A stretch of 64,000 nt of DNA, from assembly GCA_963811165.1 (NCBI GenBank), contig CAWEQH010000001.1, forward strand, positions 128,001-192,000, in the 5' to 3' direction. Position 1 is the first letter of the stretch. The number at the start of each line of letters is the position of its first letter. The DNA is from an uncultured Nitrospiraceae bacterium. Lineage in GTDB: Bacteria; Nitrospirota; Thermodesulfovibrionia; Thermodesulfovibrionales; UBA6898. Under the pieces are notes generated by a model. That model did not search any database. It was not told the DNA's origin and worked only from the letters and a program-made list of their open reading frames with translations. This document shows, in pieces, positions 40,652 to 52,003 of this stretch. Both the position numbers and the translations under genes were made by a program.

Positions 40652-42055
40652 GTGGAAAAGACCGGCAAGAACAAGCTTCTTTCCAATCTTCCGTCAGTGG
40701 ATGAGATTCTCAAGAGCTCAGACGGACAGAGATGGCTTTCGCAGTTTCAGAGGAAGATTGTGCTCGATGCTGTCAGGGAAGTGATCGCACTGAGGAGAAG
40801 CGGAATTCTTAAGGGCAAGACGGCAGATATTTCCCCGGCGGTCCTTTCGGCGGAGATCGAGCAGACGATTGTCAGCCTTTCATCCTTTAGCCTTCTGCCT
40901 CTTATCAACGCAACGGGAATAGTTATCCACACGAATCTTGGCAGGGCGGTGCTTTCAGAGAAGGTCCTCGATAATGTGAGTGCGGCAGGCAGCCATTATT
41001 CAACTCTGGAGTACGACCTCGCAAGCGGAAAGAGGGGGCGGCGGCATACTCACACAAAAAGATTGCTTACTGCTGTTACCGGCGCCGAGGATGCTCTTAT
41101 TGTCAATAATAATGCGGCCGCGGTGCTATTATGTCTGAACACTATGGCAAGGGGCAAGGAGGTCATTGTCTCCAGGGGCGAGCTTGTAGAAATCGGAGGT
41201 TCTTTCCGGATCCCGGACGTAATGTCCGCAAGCGGGGCCGTTTTGCGGGAGGTCGGAACGACGAACAAAACACATCTCCATGATTATACAAATGCGGTCA
41301 ATGACAACACCGCCCTGATTCTCAAGGTACACCAGTCGAACTATAAGATAACGGGATTTACAGAAGGAGTGCCGATTGAAGACCTCGTGTCGCTCGGCAG
41401 GCAGCGGGACCTTCCGGTCATGTATGACCTTGGCAGTGGCTGTCTTATAGACCTGAAACCCTATGGGATTTATGATGAACCTTCCGTCTCCGATATTGTA
41501 GGGGCGGATGTCGATATTGTATCGTTCAGTGGAGACAAACTTCTCGGAGGTCCGCAGGGAGGGATCATTGTCGGGAAGAAACAATATACGGAAAAGATCC
41601 AGAAAAATCCGCTGGCAAGGGCGGTAAGGATTGATAAGCTTGCAATAGCCGCTTTCGAGGCTACGCTCATGGAATACCTTGACGTCGAAAAGGCAAAAAA
41701 GGAGATACCTGTATTGAATATGTTGCTTCAGTCTCCAGCTGAAATACAGGCAAGGGCTAAGAAGATTGCCTCTGAACTTCAGAAGATAGCCGGAGATGCG
41801 AGTGTTTCCGTGGTGCGTGATTCCTCTAAGGCGGGTGGAGGCTCGCTTCCGGAGGTTGCTTTTCCGACATATGCAGTCTCTGTAAGACCCGCCGGACTCT
41901 CCGTCAATGAAGTGGAGGCAAGGCTGCGGAGCAGTTCCCCTCCGGTCATCGCCAGGATCAAGGATGATTCGCTCATGTTGGACGCCAGAACCATAAGAAA
42001 GCAGGAGATTAACGATCTCGTGAGGGTCGTTGCTTCTTCCCTGTCCTTGGAATGA
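40652..42055 (+). CDS. selA: L-seryl-tRNA(Sec) selenium transferase
   Basis: INATG..IHTNLGRA, VNNNAAAV, ELVEIGGSFRIPD, FSGDKLLGGPQ. Confidence 0.96.
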   Translation: MEKTGKNKLLSNLPSVDEILKSSDGQRWLSQFQRKIVLDAVREVIALRRSGILKGKTADISPAVLSAEIEQTIVSLSSFSLLPLINATGIVIHTNLGRAVLSEKVLDNVSAAGSHYSTLEYDLASGKRGRRHTHTKRLLTAVTGAEDALIVNNNAAAVLLCLNTMARGKEVIVSRGELVEIGGSFRIPDVMSASGAVLREVGTTNKTHLHDYTNAVNDNTALILKVHQSNYKITGFTEGVPIEDLVSLGRQRDLPVMYDLGSGCLIDLKPYGIYDEPSVSDIVGADVDIVSFSGDKLLGGPQGGIIVGKKQYTEKIQKNPLARAVRIDKLAIAAFEATLMEYLDVEKAKKEIPVLNMLLQSPAEIQARAKKIASELQKIAGDASVSVVRDSSKAGGGSLPEVAFPTYAVSVRPAGLSVNEVEARLRSSSPPVIARIKDDSLMLDARTIRKQEINDLVRVVASSLSLE

Positions 42056-42064
42056 GCAGTTCTA

Positions 42065-42379
42065 TCAAATTCCGCCGAGCTTCCTAAGGATAAGAGCGGA
42101 AAGCATGAATTTAGGAAATTCTTCTTCCTTTACTTTTTTGTAAAAATCGCAAATTTCGCAGCTCTTATACTTCTGCGCAAAAGAGCCTTGAATCTCTCCT
42201 TTGCATAAAGTCCCCGCAATTACCCAGCAACTTCTGCCGCCATTTTTTCCTCCATGGGTGCCGGCTAGTTTTTTTTCCATAGCTGCCGGACATGTGCCCA
42301 GGTCATGAGTATGAGATCCCCCGGGTTGCCTGCCGCATTTCTTAAATTCCCAGCAGTTAATCTTGACTTTGTTGTCCAC
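42065..42379 (-). CDS. Two-CW domain protein
   Basis: NCWEFKKC...CPA...CWVIAGT.C...C..C.FY. Confidence 0.75.
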   Translation of the reverse strand: MDNKVKINCWEFKKCGRQPGGSHTHDLGTCPAAMEKKLAGTHGGKNGGRSCWVIAGTLCKGEIQGSFAQKYKSCEICDFYKKVKEEEFPKFMLSALILRKLGGI

Positions 42380-42562
42380 TCTATACCTCCCAATGGTTTT
42401 AAAAGGTGCCGACACTTTTTAAACTAATTATATAACATTTTATAAAAAGTTCGCCAACCATTTTCCTCATAAATAAGTACGCGAGATAATTTACTGAAAA
42501 TAATGGCCAAAATACAACGGCAAAATATTATAATGGTGAATAAAAATTTATTAGGTGGAGAG

Positions 42563-44446
42563 ATGAGACATATAATTCTCGGTACTGCTGGCCATATAGA
42601 CCATGGAAAGAGTTCTCTTGTAAAAGCGCTTACAGGGATTGACCCGGATAGGCTGAAGGAAGAAAAAGAGCGCGGAATAACGATCGATATAGGCTTTGCA
42701 GACCTTGTCTTTCCCGACAGTGGGCTTTCCGTTGGCATTGTTGATGTCCCGGGACATGAGAAACTTATCAGGAACATGCTGGCGGGTGCGGGCGGGATAG
42801 ACATGGTTTTGCTTGTTATCGCCGCCGACGAAGGGATCATGCCTCAGAGTCGGGAGCACCTCGCAATATGCGATCTGCTTAAAATAAAGTCCGGACTCAT
42901 AGCGATTACGAAGACAGACCTTGCAGAGAAAGGATGGGTTGATCTGGTAAGGGATGAAATACTCGCCTTTGTGAAAGGTACATTTCTTGAGAATTCTCCA
43001 ATAATTGGGGTCTCCTCAAAGACAGGTGAAAATCTCGATGCCCTGAAAAGAGAGATTAGAGAGATTGCCCTAAGAATTGCTCCGAAGAATACGGGTGGTC
43101 TGTTCAGGCTTCCCATAGACAGGGTCTTTACACTAAAGGGGTTCGGTACCGTTATTACCGGCACCGCGATATCCGGGAGAATTTCCCTAGACGACCCGCT
43201 CGAGATACTGCCGGCAAATATAAAGGCCAAGGTCAGAGGACTTCATAGCCACGGCAGCGCCATTTCGACCGCATACGCCGGACAGCGGGTTGCGGTGAAT
43301 CTCCAGGGAGTTGAGAAAGAGAGCCTGACAAGAGGGGACGTTGCATTAACCCCGTCAAGTTTTGCCGAGACAAAAATTATGGATGCATTTCTGGAATTGC
43401 TTCCTGATGCACCTCCATTAAAAAATAAAAGTCTGGTCCATTTCTACGTCGGCACTTCCGAAACTGTCGCCAGAATAATACTTTACGAAAAGGAAGAATT
43501 AAGACCCCTGGATAATTGTTATTGCCAACTCAGGCTTCAAGATCCCGTTATCGCAGTCTCTGGTGATAGATATATCATCAGAAGGTTTTCACCTCTTGAA
43601 ACCCTTGGAGGAGGAGAAGTTCTCGATACGTCGCCGCCGAGAAGAAGGCGCAGGGAAGGGATAGAAGATCTCAGAGTGCTCTATTCGGGTAGCCTCGACG
43701 GGAAGATCGCGCTAAAGATAGAGAAGTCAGGACCTCAGGGGATATCTCTTAATACTCTGAAGGGGTGGGTAAACATCGATCTTAAAACGTTGGCAGACAC
43801 TGTTGAGAAGCTCGAAAAGGCCGGAGAATTAATTGTCTTTGAAGATCAGCTTATTCATAAAAAATCATTTTTGTCCCTTCAAAACAAAGTACTCGGACTG
43901 CTGATGGTCTTTCATAAGAAAAACCCACTTAAACCGGGAATGTCCAAAGAAGAAATAAGGAACCAGTTGAGAATTGATGCTCGACTTTTCAACTTTATCC
44001 TTGCCGGATTAAGAGGCGTGCTGGTCGAAAAAGATCTGGTCAGGCACGGCGATTTCAAAGTTGCGCTTTCGAGCAGCGAGGAAGAATTCAGGGTAAAGAT
44101 ACTTGCGCTGCTCGAAAAAGGGAGGTTTCAGCCCCCGACGAAAGAAGAACTCTCTTCTTTGTTAAAGATAGAACCGAAGCGGTTGACTGACATCCTCTCT
44201 CTGATGTCGAAGGAAGGAAAGGTAGTGAGAGTGAACGAATCTATCTATATGTCGACGGCCGGCTATAATGAAATGATATCGTCACTCGGGACTTTTTTCG
44301 GGAAAAAACCCGCGATGACTGTGGCTGAGTTCAGAGATTTACTAAATACGACAAGAAAATATGCGCTTCCTTTTCTCGAATTTCTCGATTCTCAGAAAGT
44401 CACGCTTCGCACGGGAGATGTGAGAAAATTCATTCTGAAGAGGTAG
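42563..44446 (+). CDS. selB: Selenocysteine-specific elongation factor
   Basis: [26 protein letters not shown]-terminal winged helix [13 protein letters not shown]. Confidence 0.96.
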   Translation: MRHIILGTAGHIDHGKSSLVKALTGIDPDRLKEEKERGITIDIGFADLVFPDSGLSVGIVDVPGHEKLIRNMLAGAGGIDMVLLVIAADEGIMPQSREHLAICDLLKIKSGLIAITKTDLAEKGWVDLVRDEILAFVKGTFLENSPIIGVSSKTGENLDALKREIREIALRIAPKNTGGLFRLPIDRVFTLKGFGTVITGTAISGRISLDDPLEILPANIKAKVRGLHSHGSAISTAYAGQRVAVNLQGVEKESLTRGDVALTPSSFAETKIMDAFLELLPDAPPLKNKSLVHFYVGTSETVARIILYEKEELRPLDNCYCQLRLQDPVIAVSGDRYIIRRFSPLETLGGGEVLDTSPPRRRRREGIEDLRVLYSGSLDGKIALKIEKSGPQGISLNTLKGWVNIDLKTLADTVEKLEKAGELIVFEDQLIHKKSFLSLQNKVLGLLMVFHKKNPLKPGMSKEEIRNQLRIDARLFNFILAGLRGVLVEKDLVRHGDFKVALSSSEEEFRVKILALLEKGRFQPPTKEELSSLLKIEPKRLTDILSLMSKEGKVVRVNESIYMSTAGYNEMISSLGTFFGKKPAMTVAEFRDLLNTTRKYALPFLEFLDSQKVTLRTGDVRKFILKR

Positions 44447-44504
44447 AGTTATCACCCCCGAAAGAGATGGCCCTTCCTGGTAAATATATATAAAAGCACT
44501 GGAT

Positions 44505-44520
44505 TGTTCCACGTGGAACG
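44505..44520. promoter_or_regulatory. parS centromere-like site
   Basis: TGTTCCACGTGGAACG palindrome, close to the TGTTNCACGTGAAACA consensus, directly upstream of parAB. Confidence 0.85.
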
Positions 44521-44585
44521 ACTGACAAGGAGTGAGTAAAGATTTTTATCGAATCCGTGGGCAAAATGCTATAATACTTTCTGAT

Positions 44586-45365
44586 ATGCACAAAATTATA
44601 GCCATAGTGAACCAAAAGGGTGGGGTGGGAAAGACGACAACCGCGATAAATCTCGCGGCATCACTTGCACTTTCAGGCGAGAAGATCCTCCTTATCGACA
44701 TAGATCCGCAGGGAAATTCCACGTCAGGACTGGGAATAGCGAGAGATTCGCTTCAAAATACTCTCTATAGCGTTTTTTCGGGTACATGCGGGGTGAATGA
44801 AGCCATAATGGCCACCTCCGTGGAGAACCTGTTTGTACTTCCTTCGAGCATAGATCTTCTCGGCGCTGAGATTGAGCTTGCGGGAAGAGAAGGTCGTGAG
44901 CGTATTCTTTCGGAAACTTTAGAAACAATTACAGACATCTACCGATATATCTTTATCGACTGCCCGCCCTCGCTCGGTCTTCTGACAGTGAATGCGCTTG
45001 TTGCGGCCGGGTCGGTCCTCGTTCCGGTTCAATGTGAGTATTATGCGCTCGAGGGGCTTGGGCTTTTGACAAGAACATTACGTCTTGTCAGGGCATCTTT
45101 TAATCCAGGTATTGACATCGAAGGGATACTTCTGACCATGTTCGACACCAGAAACAGCCTTGCCCATCAGGTGGTCACGGAAATCAAGAAACACTTCGGT
45201 GAAAAAGTTTATTCCACAATAATACCTCGAAATGTGGCCCTGAGCGAAGCCCCGAGTCACGGCAAGCCGGCAATTCTATACGATGTCCGGTCAAGAGGAG
45301 CTCAGAGTTATCTATCTTTGGCAAAGGAGATGCTGCATGAAAACGGCGTTGGGCAAAGGGCTTAA
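44586..45365 (+). CDS. parA: Chromosome partitioning ATPase
   Basis: [28 protein letters not shown]. Confidence 0.95.
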   Translation: MHKIIAIVNQKGGVGKTTTAINLAASLALSGEKILLIDIDPQGNSTSGLGIARDSLQNTLYSVFSGTCGVNEAIMATSVENLFVLPSSIDLLGAEIELAGREGRERILSETLETITDIYRYIFIDCPPSLGLLTVNALVAAGSVLVPVQCEYYALEGLGLLTRTLRLVRASFNPGIDIEGILLTMFDTRNSLAHQVVTEIKKHFGEKVYSTIIPRNVALSEAPSHGKPAILYDVRSRGAQSYLSLAKEMLHENGVGQRA

Positions 45366-46161
45366 TGCCCTGATACCCGAAAAGGGCGAAGAGGTCTTAT
45401 ATCTTGATGTTGACAGGATTATGCCCGGCAAACAGCAGCCGCGGAGGGTCTTTCATGAGGAATCTCTGAAAGAGCTGGCAGCGTCGATAAAAGAAAAAGG
45501 GGTTCTCCAACCGATCATCGTATCGAGAACGGGCGACGGCGCTTTTAATCTTATTGCGGGAGAACGAAGATGGAGGGCGTCAATCCTTGCCGGGCTGAAA
45601 AAAATTCCTGCCCTGATAAAAAACGTCGCTTCAAAGGATTCCTTAGAGATCGCCTTAATCGAGAATATACAGAGAGAAGATCTCAACCCTATTGAGACGG
45701 CGGAGGCGTTCAATCGCTTAGTCAAAGATTTCGATCTCACTCAGGAAGATCTCGCCGCCAGGGTTGGGAAGGAACGAGCTACGGTTGCAAATTACCTGCG
45801 GCTGCTTAAGCTTCCGGATGAGATTAAGACGATGTTGTATAACGGCTCTTTAAGTATGGGTCATGCCCGGGCCCTGTTGGCTGTTGAGGGAAGGACCCGC
45901 CAGATTGAGGCGGCGCGGAAGATCATTAAGAGTAGCCTAAGCGTAAGGGAAACGGAGCTGCTGGCAAAGAATATTTCCAAACCGCCCAAGAGTGGAGACA
46001 AAAAAGATCCTCAGATTGCCTCCCTGGAGGAGAAACTCATCAAACATCTGGGAACTAAAGTGCGTATATCGCATAAAGGCAAAAAAGGCGGAAAGATAGA
46101 GATTGAATATTATTCGCTCGATGAGTTTGACAGATTGTTAGAGATATTAATGGCGGGATGA
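45337..46161 (+). CDS. parB: Chromosome partitioning protein
   Basis: [26 protein letters not shown]. Confidence 0.95.
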   Translation: MKTALGKGLNALIPEKGEEVLYLDVDRIMPGKQQPRRVFHEESLKELAASIKEKGVLQPIIVSRTGDGAFNLIAGERRWRASILAGLKKIPALIKNVASKDSLEIALIENIQREDLNPIETAEAFNRLVKDFDLTQEDLAARVGKERATVANYLRLLKLPDEIKTMLYNGSLSMGHARALLAVEGRTRQIEAARKIIKSSLSVRETELLAKNISKPPKSGDKKDPQIASLEEKLIKHLGTKVRISHKGKKGGKIEIEYYSLDEFDRLLEILMAG

Positions 46162-46685
46162 AAAAAAACATCCTTTTAACAGGCATACCGGGTTCCGGCA
46201 AGACGACGCTGATAAGGAAACTCTCAGAGGTATTCAAAGAGTTCAATCCTACAGGGTTTTATACGGCAGAGATCACGGAAGAAGGCGTTCAGGCGGGACT
46301 TCTTATTGGGAGCCTTTATGGCGACAGCAGGATACTTGCTCATGTCGGGCTCAAGAGCAAATACGGCGTCGGCAAGTTTCGTGTTGATGTGAAAGGTTTT
46401 GATACCATGCTCGATACTATCTTTTCGAAGGATAAAAAAACCGGATTATATTTTATCGATGAGATAGGAAAGGTTGAATGTCTCTCCAGGAAATTCTGCA
46501 AGATGGTCGTCGAGCTTCTTAATGCGGAAAAACCCGTTATTGCCTCAATCTCGGATAAAGGCACTGGAATCATAAGCGAAATCAAGAAGAGAAATGATGT
46601 GAAGTTGCACGAGATTACCCTTGAGAACCATGAGTTGAAGTTGAAAGAGTTGACGATGGAAATCAGGGACCTTCTTCTCGAATAA
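46158..46685 (+). CDS. THEP1/NTPase_1-family nucleoside triphosphatase
   Basis: LTGIPGSGKTT, GFYT.EI, VGKF.V, IDEIGK.E. Confidence 0.85.
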   Translation: MKKNILLTGIPGSGKTTLIRKLSEVFKEFNPTGFYTAEITEEGVQAGLLIGSLYGDSRILAHVGLKSKYGVGKFRVDVKGFDTMLDTIFSKDKKTGLYFIDEIGKVECLSRKFCKMVVELLNAEKPVIASISDKGTGIISEIKKRNDVKLHEITLENHELKLKELTMEIRDLLLE

Positions 46686-46705
46686 ACCCCGGAAGTATCC
46701 CCGCA

Positions 46706-47887
46706 ATGCGCGATAAGATCAGAACAGGCCTGGACTTGATAGAAAGGGAATGGCCCCGGAATCTCAACGGCTCCAGGATTGGGTTGTTAGTGCATCCTGC
46801 TTCTGTAAACCGAAATCTTCAACATGCGGTGTCTGTAAGCCGTAAATCCAGGAAATTCAAGCTCGCTGCACTTTTTGGACCACAGCATGGATTTAGAGGC
46901 GAAACACAGGACAATATGGTTGAATGGGAAGGATTTCGAGATGGTTCCACCCGGCTACCGGTTTATAGCCTTTATGGAGAGGTTCGCCAGCCATCCCAGG
47001 AAATGCTCAGAGATATTGATGTAATGGTCATCGACTTACAGGATATCGGTTCTCGGTATTACACTTTTATCTGGACGATGGCACTGGTCATGAAGTCTTG
47101 CAGGGATGCCGGCAAGGCGGTTGTTGTTTTGGACAGGCCAAACCCTATCGGGGGCAATCTCACCGAGGGCCCTGTTCTTGATCCGACGTATAAGTCCTTT
47201 GTGGGGCTGCATCCGCTTCCTGTCCGGCACGGAATGACTGTCGGGGAGGTTGCGCAATGTCTCAAATCTTTTTATATGGGCGCCGAGCTCTCCGTAATCG
47301 CTATGAAAGGATGGAAAAGACGAATGTGGTTTGAAGATACGGGGCTTCCCTGGGTATTGCCTTCCCCCAATATGCCGACTGTTGAGACAGCGCTGGTTTA
47401 TCCTGGGATGTGTCTTATCGAGGGCACTAACTTGAGCGAAGGGCGTGGGACTACACGACCTTTTGAGATCTTTGGGGCGCCTTTTATCTCCCCCGATGTC
47501 CTTATAAAAAGACTATCTGAATTTAGGCTACCCGGCATCGTTTTTCGACCTCTTTACTTTTTGCCGACTTTCCAGAAGTATGCCGGAATAGTCTGTGGCG
47601 GCGCACAGATACATATCACTGAAAAAGAGAAATTCCGGCCCTTCAAGACCGGAGTAGCTGTCATTAAAGCTGTTTTTGAGCTTTACGGGAAGTACTTTGC
47701 ATGGAAAAGACCCCCTTATGAATATGAGGAGAAACTACTGCCCATTGATATCCTCGCAGGCACTGACAGAGTGAGGAGTGACATTGAAAAGGACTTAAAT
47801 CTTAAGGAGATGGAAATATGGTGGGAGGGAGAGTTGAGCGTTTTTAATAAAAGAATCAGAAACAGTTGTCTTTTGTACCGTGATTAA
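46706..47887 (+). CDS. namZ: Exo-beta-N-acetylmuramidase NamZ (DUF1343)
   Basis: FGPQHG, DLQDIGSRYYTF, DRPNP, HGMT.GE, PSPNMP, SEGRGTT.PFE. Confidence 0.85.
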   Translation: MRDKIRTGLDLIEREWPRNLNGSRIGLLVHPASVNRNLQHAVSVSRKSRKFKLAALFGPQHGFRGETQDNMVEWEGFRDGSTRLPVYSLYGEVRQPSQEMLRDIDVMVIDLQDIGSRYYTFIWTMALVMKSCRDAGKAVVVLDRPNPIGGNLTEGPVLDPTYKSFVGLHPLPVRHGMTVGEVAQCLKSFYMGAELSVIAMKGWKRRMWFEDTGLPWVLPSPNMPTVETALVYPGMCLIEGTNLSEGRGTTRPFEIFGAPFISPDVLIKRLSEFRLPGIVFRPLYFLPTFQKYAGIVCGGAQIHITEKEKFRPFKTGVAVIKAVFELYGKYFAWKRPPYEYEEKLLPIDILAGTDRVRSDIEKDLNLKEMEIWWEGELSVFNKRIRNSCLLYRD

Positions 47888-49829
47888 AGCATTCATATTA
47901 GCTGCGGGATTTGGTGAGAGGCTTAGACCAATCACAAGTCATATACCCAAACCGCTTCTCCCGGTCCTCGGAAAGCCGGTCATTGAAAGGCTGGTACAGC
48001 GAGTTTTGGCTGTTCCCGTTGCGCGTGTGGGAGTAAATGCGCACTATAAAGCAGAAATGCTTGGTCAGTGGGCAGAGACATCGGATTATGCCGACAAAAT
48101 TGAACTCCATTACGAACAAAAGATTCTCGGCACTGGAGGGGCTCTAAAAAATGCGGAGCGTTTTCTCCGTGGCTCGATCTTTCTTGTTCATAATGCGGAT
48201 ATTTTTTCGGACATAAATCTAAGGGTCCTAATTGAAAAGCATATCTCTGAAGGCAATGTCGCCACACTTGCAGTCCATAACCATCACAGTTTCAATAACG
48301 TCCGGATCGATAAGGGCGGCCGGTTGCTCTCTGTCGGAGATAACCAACCCCAAGGGAGGGGCTCGCGCAGGGTCGCTTTTACGGGTGTCGCGGTTTATTC
48401 CCCTGAATTTCTAGACTTGCTTCCTGCCGGAAAGTCTAGTGTCATCGATGCATGGCTCAGGGCCCTTATGTCAGGGCTCAACGTGGGCACAGTTGACTTT
48501 ACCGGCTGCCGGTGGACAGATATCGGGACTGCCGAGGCTTTTTCCTCGTTTGTCTTCTCATTGCTAAAAGAAGAGGGAGAGGTACTCTATATTCATCCTG
48601 AAGTTGACTGCAGGGGAGCAGAATTGGGTGCAAGAACGGTCATTGAAGGGGGCTGTATTATAGAAAAAAAGGCATCAATCCGGGGTTCTATTTTGCTTCC
48701 GGGTGCAAAGGTGCGGGAAGGTTCTCAAATAGAAAACGCGATCATCGGACCGGACTATACGATCAGCCTGAAGGAAACACTTGCCATTCCATCCTTTCTC
48801 CCTTCCGAATTAACTTCAGGTTTCCTCGGTGATTCCCCCAACAAGATTTCGATGACTATCATCGGAGTTGGAGGATCCGACAGGAATTATTACAGAATAA
48901 GAAATGGGAACAAAACAGCGGTCCTTATGGAGTGTGCCAAACTTGATCCCGATTATCAAAGACATATAATTTACACAGAGTTCTTTAAGAAAAATTCCGT
49001 GCCTGTTCCGGAACTGCTCGGTTCGGGTACCGGAGGCTCCGCCCATCCGATCTTCGTAAAACGTGGATATGTGTATGCCCTGTTTGAGGATCTCGGTGAT
49101 ATCTCACTTTATTCCTGGCTTAAGTGCCAAAAGGAGACTCCGGTCATTGAAGATCTTTATAGGCGCGTTATAGACATAATGGTCAATTTGCATACAAGGG
49201 TTTCAGACGATGTCTCGGATTGTCTGCTGCTTCAGTCTCGGGTATTTGACGCCGAACACCTGCGCTGGGAAACTGACTATTTTATCAAGAGATATGTATC
49301 AGGGCTCAGAGGCATCTCGATCCCAAACCTATCATTGCTCGGTAAAGAATTCGATCGCCTTGCAGCGATTGTGGATACATTTGAGAAGGCAGTAGTGCAT
49401 AGAGATTTCCAGTCTCAGAACATAATGGTCGCCAAGGATGATGTCCCGAGAATTATCGATTATCAGGGCGCCAGAATTGGACCCCCCTCTTATGACCTCG
49501 CTTCTTTGTTGTGGGACCCTTACTCTCCGATCGATGGCGGCAGCCGGGAAATATTGCTTGAATATTACATTAACGGAGTCAGGGATTATCACGGCAGCAC
49601 CTTTAATGAGGAAGCTTTCCGAAAGACGATAATCCCCTGCCGGCTTCAAAGACATATGCAAGCATTGGGGGCGTACGGATTTCTCTCAGTGGTAAAAGGC
49701 AGATCCTATTTCCTAAAATATGTCCCTCAGACTATTCAGTATTTGAAAGAAGAAGTGAAAACGGTAAAGAACGACTATCCTTTGCTCTGTGAACTTCTGA
49801 CCGGTCTCGATGAGAAAACTGAATATTGA
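47880..49829 (+). CDS. Fused nucleotidyltransferase (MurU-like) + anomeric sugar kinase (AmgK-like)
   Basis: N-terminal LAAGFGERLRP..PKPL; C-terminal GSDRNYYR, EDLGD, HRDFQSQNIM, IDYQ, QRHMQALG. Confidence 0.85.
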   Translation: MIKAFILAAGFGERLRPITSHIPKPLLPVLGKPVIERLVQRVLAVPVARVGVNAHYKAEMLGQWAETSDYADKIELHYEQKILGTGGALKNAERFLRGSIFLVHNADIFSDINLRVLIEKHISEGNVATLAVHNHHSFNNVRIDKGGRLLSVGDNQPQGRGSRRVAFTGVAVYSPEFLDLLPAGKSSVIDAWLRALMSGLNVGTVDFTGCRWTDIGTAEAFSSFVFSLLKEEGEVLYIHPEVDCRGAELGARTVIEGGCIIEKKASIRGSILLPGAKVREGSQIENAIIGPDYTISLKETLAIPSFLPSELTSGFLGDSPNKISMTIIGVGGSDRNYYRIRNGNKTAVLMECAKLDPDYQRHIIYTEFFKKNSVPVPELLGSGTGGSAHPIFVKRGYVYALFEDLGDISLYSWLKCQKETPVIEDLYRRVIDIMVNLHTRVSDDVSDCLLLQSRVFDAEHLRWETDYFIKRYVSGLRGISIPNLSLLGKEFDRLAAIVDTFEKAVVHRDFQSQNIMVAKDDVPRIIDYQGARIGPPSYDLASLLWDPYSPIDGGSREILLEYYINGVRDYHGSTFNEEAFRKTIIPCRLQRHMQALGAYGFLSVVKGRSYFLKYVPQTIQYLKEEVKTVKNDYPLLCELLTGLDEKTEY

Positions 49830-50349
49830 TTTTGATGAGGTGCAGAAGGCCATGGAAGATACGGTCAGAGACGCCTTTGATTACTTTCTGGACGTAGAGA
49901 CTGGAGAAATCCTTATTCTTTCAGAGGATATCCTAAATAGGGCGCGCGTATTGCTTTCCAGGGACTTCGACGAAGATATGGAGGATTTCGATGAGGTTGT
50001 ATTCGACCGGGAGATTGATATTCCAGTCTGGGTGGAAGACGAAATAGAGTTGGCACTGGACATTTTCCTGGGCGGAGACAACTACGTCAGAGTGCCGGAA
50101 AGGGCCCCCCGGAATGTATATGCCGCAATGAACGAATTTATCGACCAGTTTGAAGACGCTCGGTTCGGAAAGGAACTCCGGCAGATGCTGAGCGGTGAGG
50201 GAACGTTCCGAAGGTTTAAAGATGCACTGGAACCATACCCTAAGATTCGGAAACTCTGGTATGGGTATAATGCAAAGATCGCGAGAAAAGAAATAATAGA
50301 ATGGCTCAGGACGCTTTCTATCGAACCGGTCTCGGAGGGGCATTCATAG
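49810..50349 (+). CDS. UPF0158 family protein
   Basis: YFLD.ETGEI...G.GTFRRFKD...W. Confidence 0.8.
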   Translation: MRKLNIDFDEVQKAMEDTVRDAFDYFLDVETGEILILSEDILNRARVLLSRDFDEDMEDFDEVVFDREIDIPVWVEDEIELALDIFLGGDNYVRVPERAPRNVYAAMNEFIDQFEDARFGKELRQMLSGEGTFRRFKDALEPYPKIRKLWYGYNAKIARKEIIEWLRTLSIEPVSEGHS

Positions 50350-50350
50350 G

Positions 50351-50379
50351 AAGGCCCTTCACGTTGCCGGAAGGGCCTT
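50351..50379. terminator. Hairpin between convergent operons
   Basis: AAGGCCCTTC-9 nt-GAAGGGCCTT. Confidence 0.55.
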
Positions 50380-50503
50380 ATACACGGTCGGTCAGGAAAC
50401 TTCCATTAATTGTGTGCCTTCACTTCCTCGGTCTCTTTTACCTTGCCGAGACTGCCGATCACATCAACCGGAGGAAAATCTTCTCAGCCGACAAGGTTGA
50501 GGC

Positions 50504-51469
50504 CTATGCTATTCCTTGTCTGAGGATGTCATGAAGGTGAATTACGCCGAGGGCCCTGCCGCTTTCATCAGGTACGACCAAGGACGTAATCGAATACCGC
50601 TCCATAATGGAAAGGGCCTTTGCGGCAAGCTCTTCCGCCGATACGGTCCTGGGATTTCTTGTCATCACTTCTTCTGCGGTCATATCAAAGAAACTCTTGC
50701 CCCAACGTTCAATGCCTCTTCTTAGGTCACCGTCGGTCACAATCCCCAATATCTTATTCCCGGCATCTGCAATTATTGTTATCCCCAGTCTTTTTGATGA
50801 TATTTCCATTACCGCAGCAGTCATGGACACATCCGGCGACGTCAAGGGAAGAGAAGCCCCGCTATGCATGAGATCAGAGACTTTGATGAACAATCTTTTT
50901 CCAAGACTGCCTCGCGGATGGAAAAGGGCGAAATCTTCCTCCTTAAAACCTCTTTTTATCAGGAGAACGATTGCGATTGCGTCGCCCATAGCCATAGCAG
51001 CCGTTGTCGAGGCAGTGGGCACAATGCCGAGGGGACAGGCTTCTTCCTCGACAGAGGTATCTAAGGGGACATCGGCGGACCGAGAGAGGGTTGATTGCAT
51101 ATTGCCGGTGACCGAAATAAGCTTGACATTGAACCTCTTTAGAAAAGGGATGAGACTTACAAGCTCATCAGTCTCCCCGCTATTTGAGATAGCAATTATA
51201 ATATCATTAGCGGTAACCATGCCGAGGTCCCCATGACACGCTTCGGCAGGATGCATGAAGAAGGCAGGGGTTCCGGTTGACGCCAGTGTTGCGGCGATTT
51301 TTTTGCCGACAATTCCGGACTTCCCCATGCCGGTGACAATGACCCTGCCGCTGCTTTCGTATAGCAACCCGATCGCCCTTTCGAAGTTACTGTCGAGCTT
51401 TTCGATTAAAGAGGCAACTGCGTCCGCCTCTGTCCTTAACACCTTTCTGGCAATTTCGAGGATATTCAT
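50504..51469 (-). CDS. kdsD: Arabinose-5-phosphate isomerase (SIS + CBS)
   Basis: GMGKSG, STGTPA, HGDLG, PTASTT, HP.GSLG, two CBS domains. Confidence 0.93.
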   Translation of the reverse strand: MNILEIARKVLRTEADAVASLIEKLDSNFERAIGLLYESSGRVIVTGMGKSGIVGKKIAATLASTGTPAFFMHPAEACHGDLGMVTANDIIIAISNSGETDELVSLIPFLKRFNVKLISVTGNMQSTLSRSADVPLDTSVEEEACPLGIVPTASTTAAMAMGDAIAIVLLIKRGFKEEDFALFHPRGSLGKRLFIKVSDLMHSGASLPLTSPDVSMTAAVMEISSKRLGITIIADAGNKILGIVTDGDLRRGIERWGKSFFDMTAEEVMTRNPRTVSAEELAAKALSIMERYSITSLVVPDESGRALGVIHLHDILRQGIA

Positions 51470-51493
51470 ACCTGATTTAGACAAGCTCGCCTC

Positions 51494-52003
51494 TCATTCG
51501 AACTGACATCTCAGCCATCCCATTGGAACACCCTTTCTATGTGCCTCGTCCGCCAGGTCGCTAAGCATTCCTTCAGCGTCTTTCAAACGCCTTCGCGTCT
51601 TTGCAAGCGCCTTGTTGAGTGTCCGCGTCTTCTTATTCCTGGCGGTTCCGCCCGTGTTTTCCTCCGCCAACTCTCGTTCCTTCTCGTTGATCTCCTCGTT
51701 CAACTGCCGGATCTTCTTTCTCTGCGGAGTCGTCCTTTTGCACCAGTATTCCTTTTCTCTTTGTTCCTTGGCGTCTTCGGCCTTAGTTTTCCTGCCCTCC
51801 GAATTCTTCGGCTCAGGCGACTGAGGCTCCCGGGAGTTACCACCCTCGGGGTTTTCATAAGGTTCGAGATCCTTGTTCGAAAAAGACAGCGGCCGCTCGG
51901 AAGAATCTGCGCCGTATGTGCTTGATGACATGAAAGCGATCCCCAGTATTACAGACACAAAAAATAAAAAACCCAACCCCTCCGGACTAATCCCCCTTAT
52001 CAT
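51494..52003 (-). CDS. Exported coiled-coil hypothetical protein
   Basis: Signal/TM segment, FSNKDL, C-terminal A...GVP.GW.R; inside the kds operon. Confidence 0.7.
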   Translation of the reverse strand: MIRGISPEGLGFLFFVSVILGIAFMSSSTYGADSSERPLSFSNKDLEPYENPEGGNSREPQSPEPKNSEGRKTKAEDAKEQREKEYWCKRTTPQRKKIRQLNEEINEKERELAEENTGGTARNKKTRTLNKALAKTRRRLKDAEGMLSDLADEAHRKGVPMGWLRCQFE

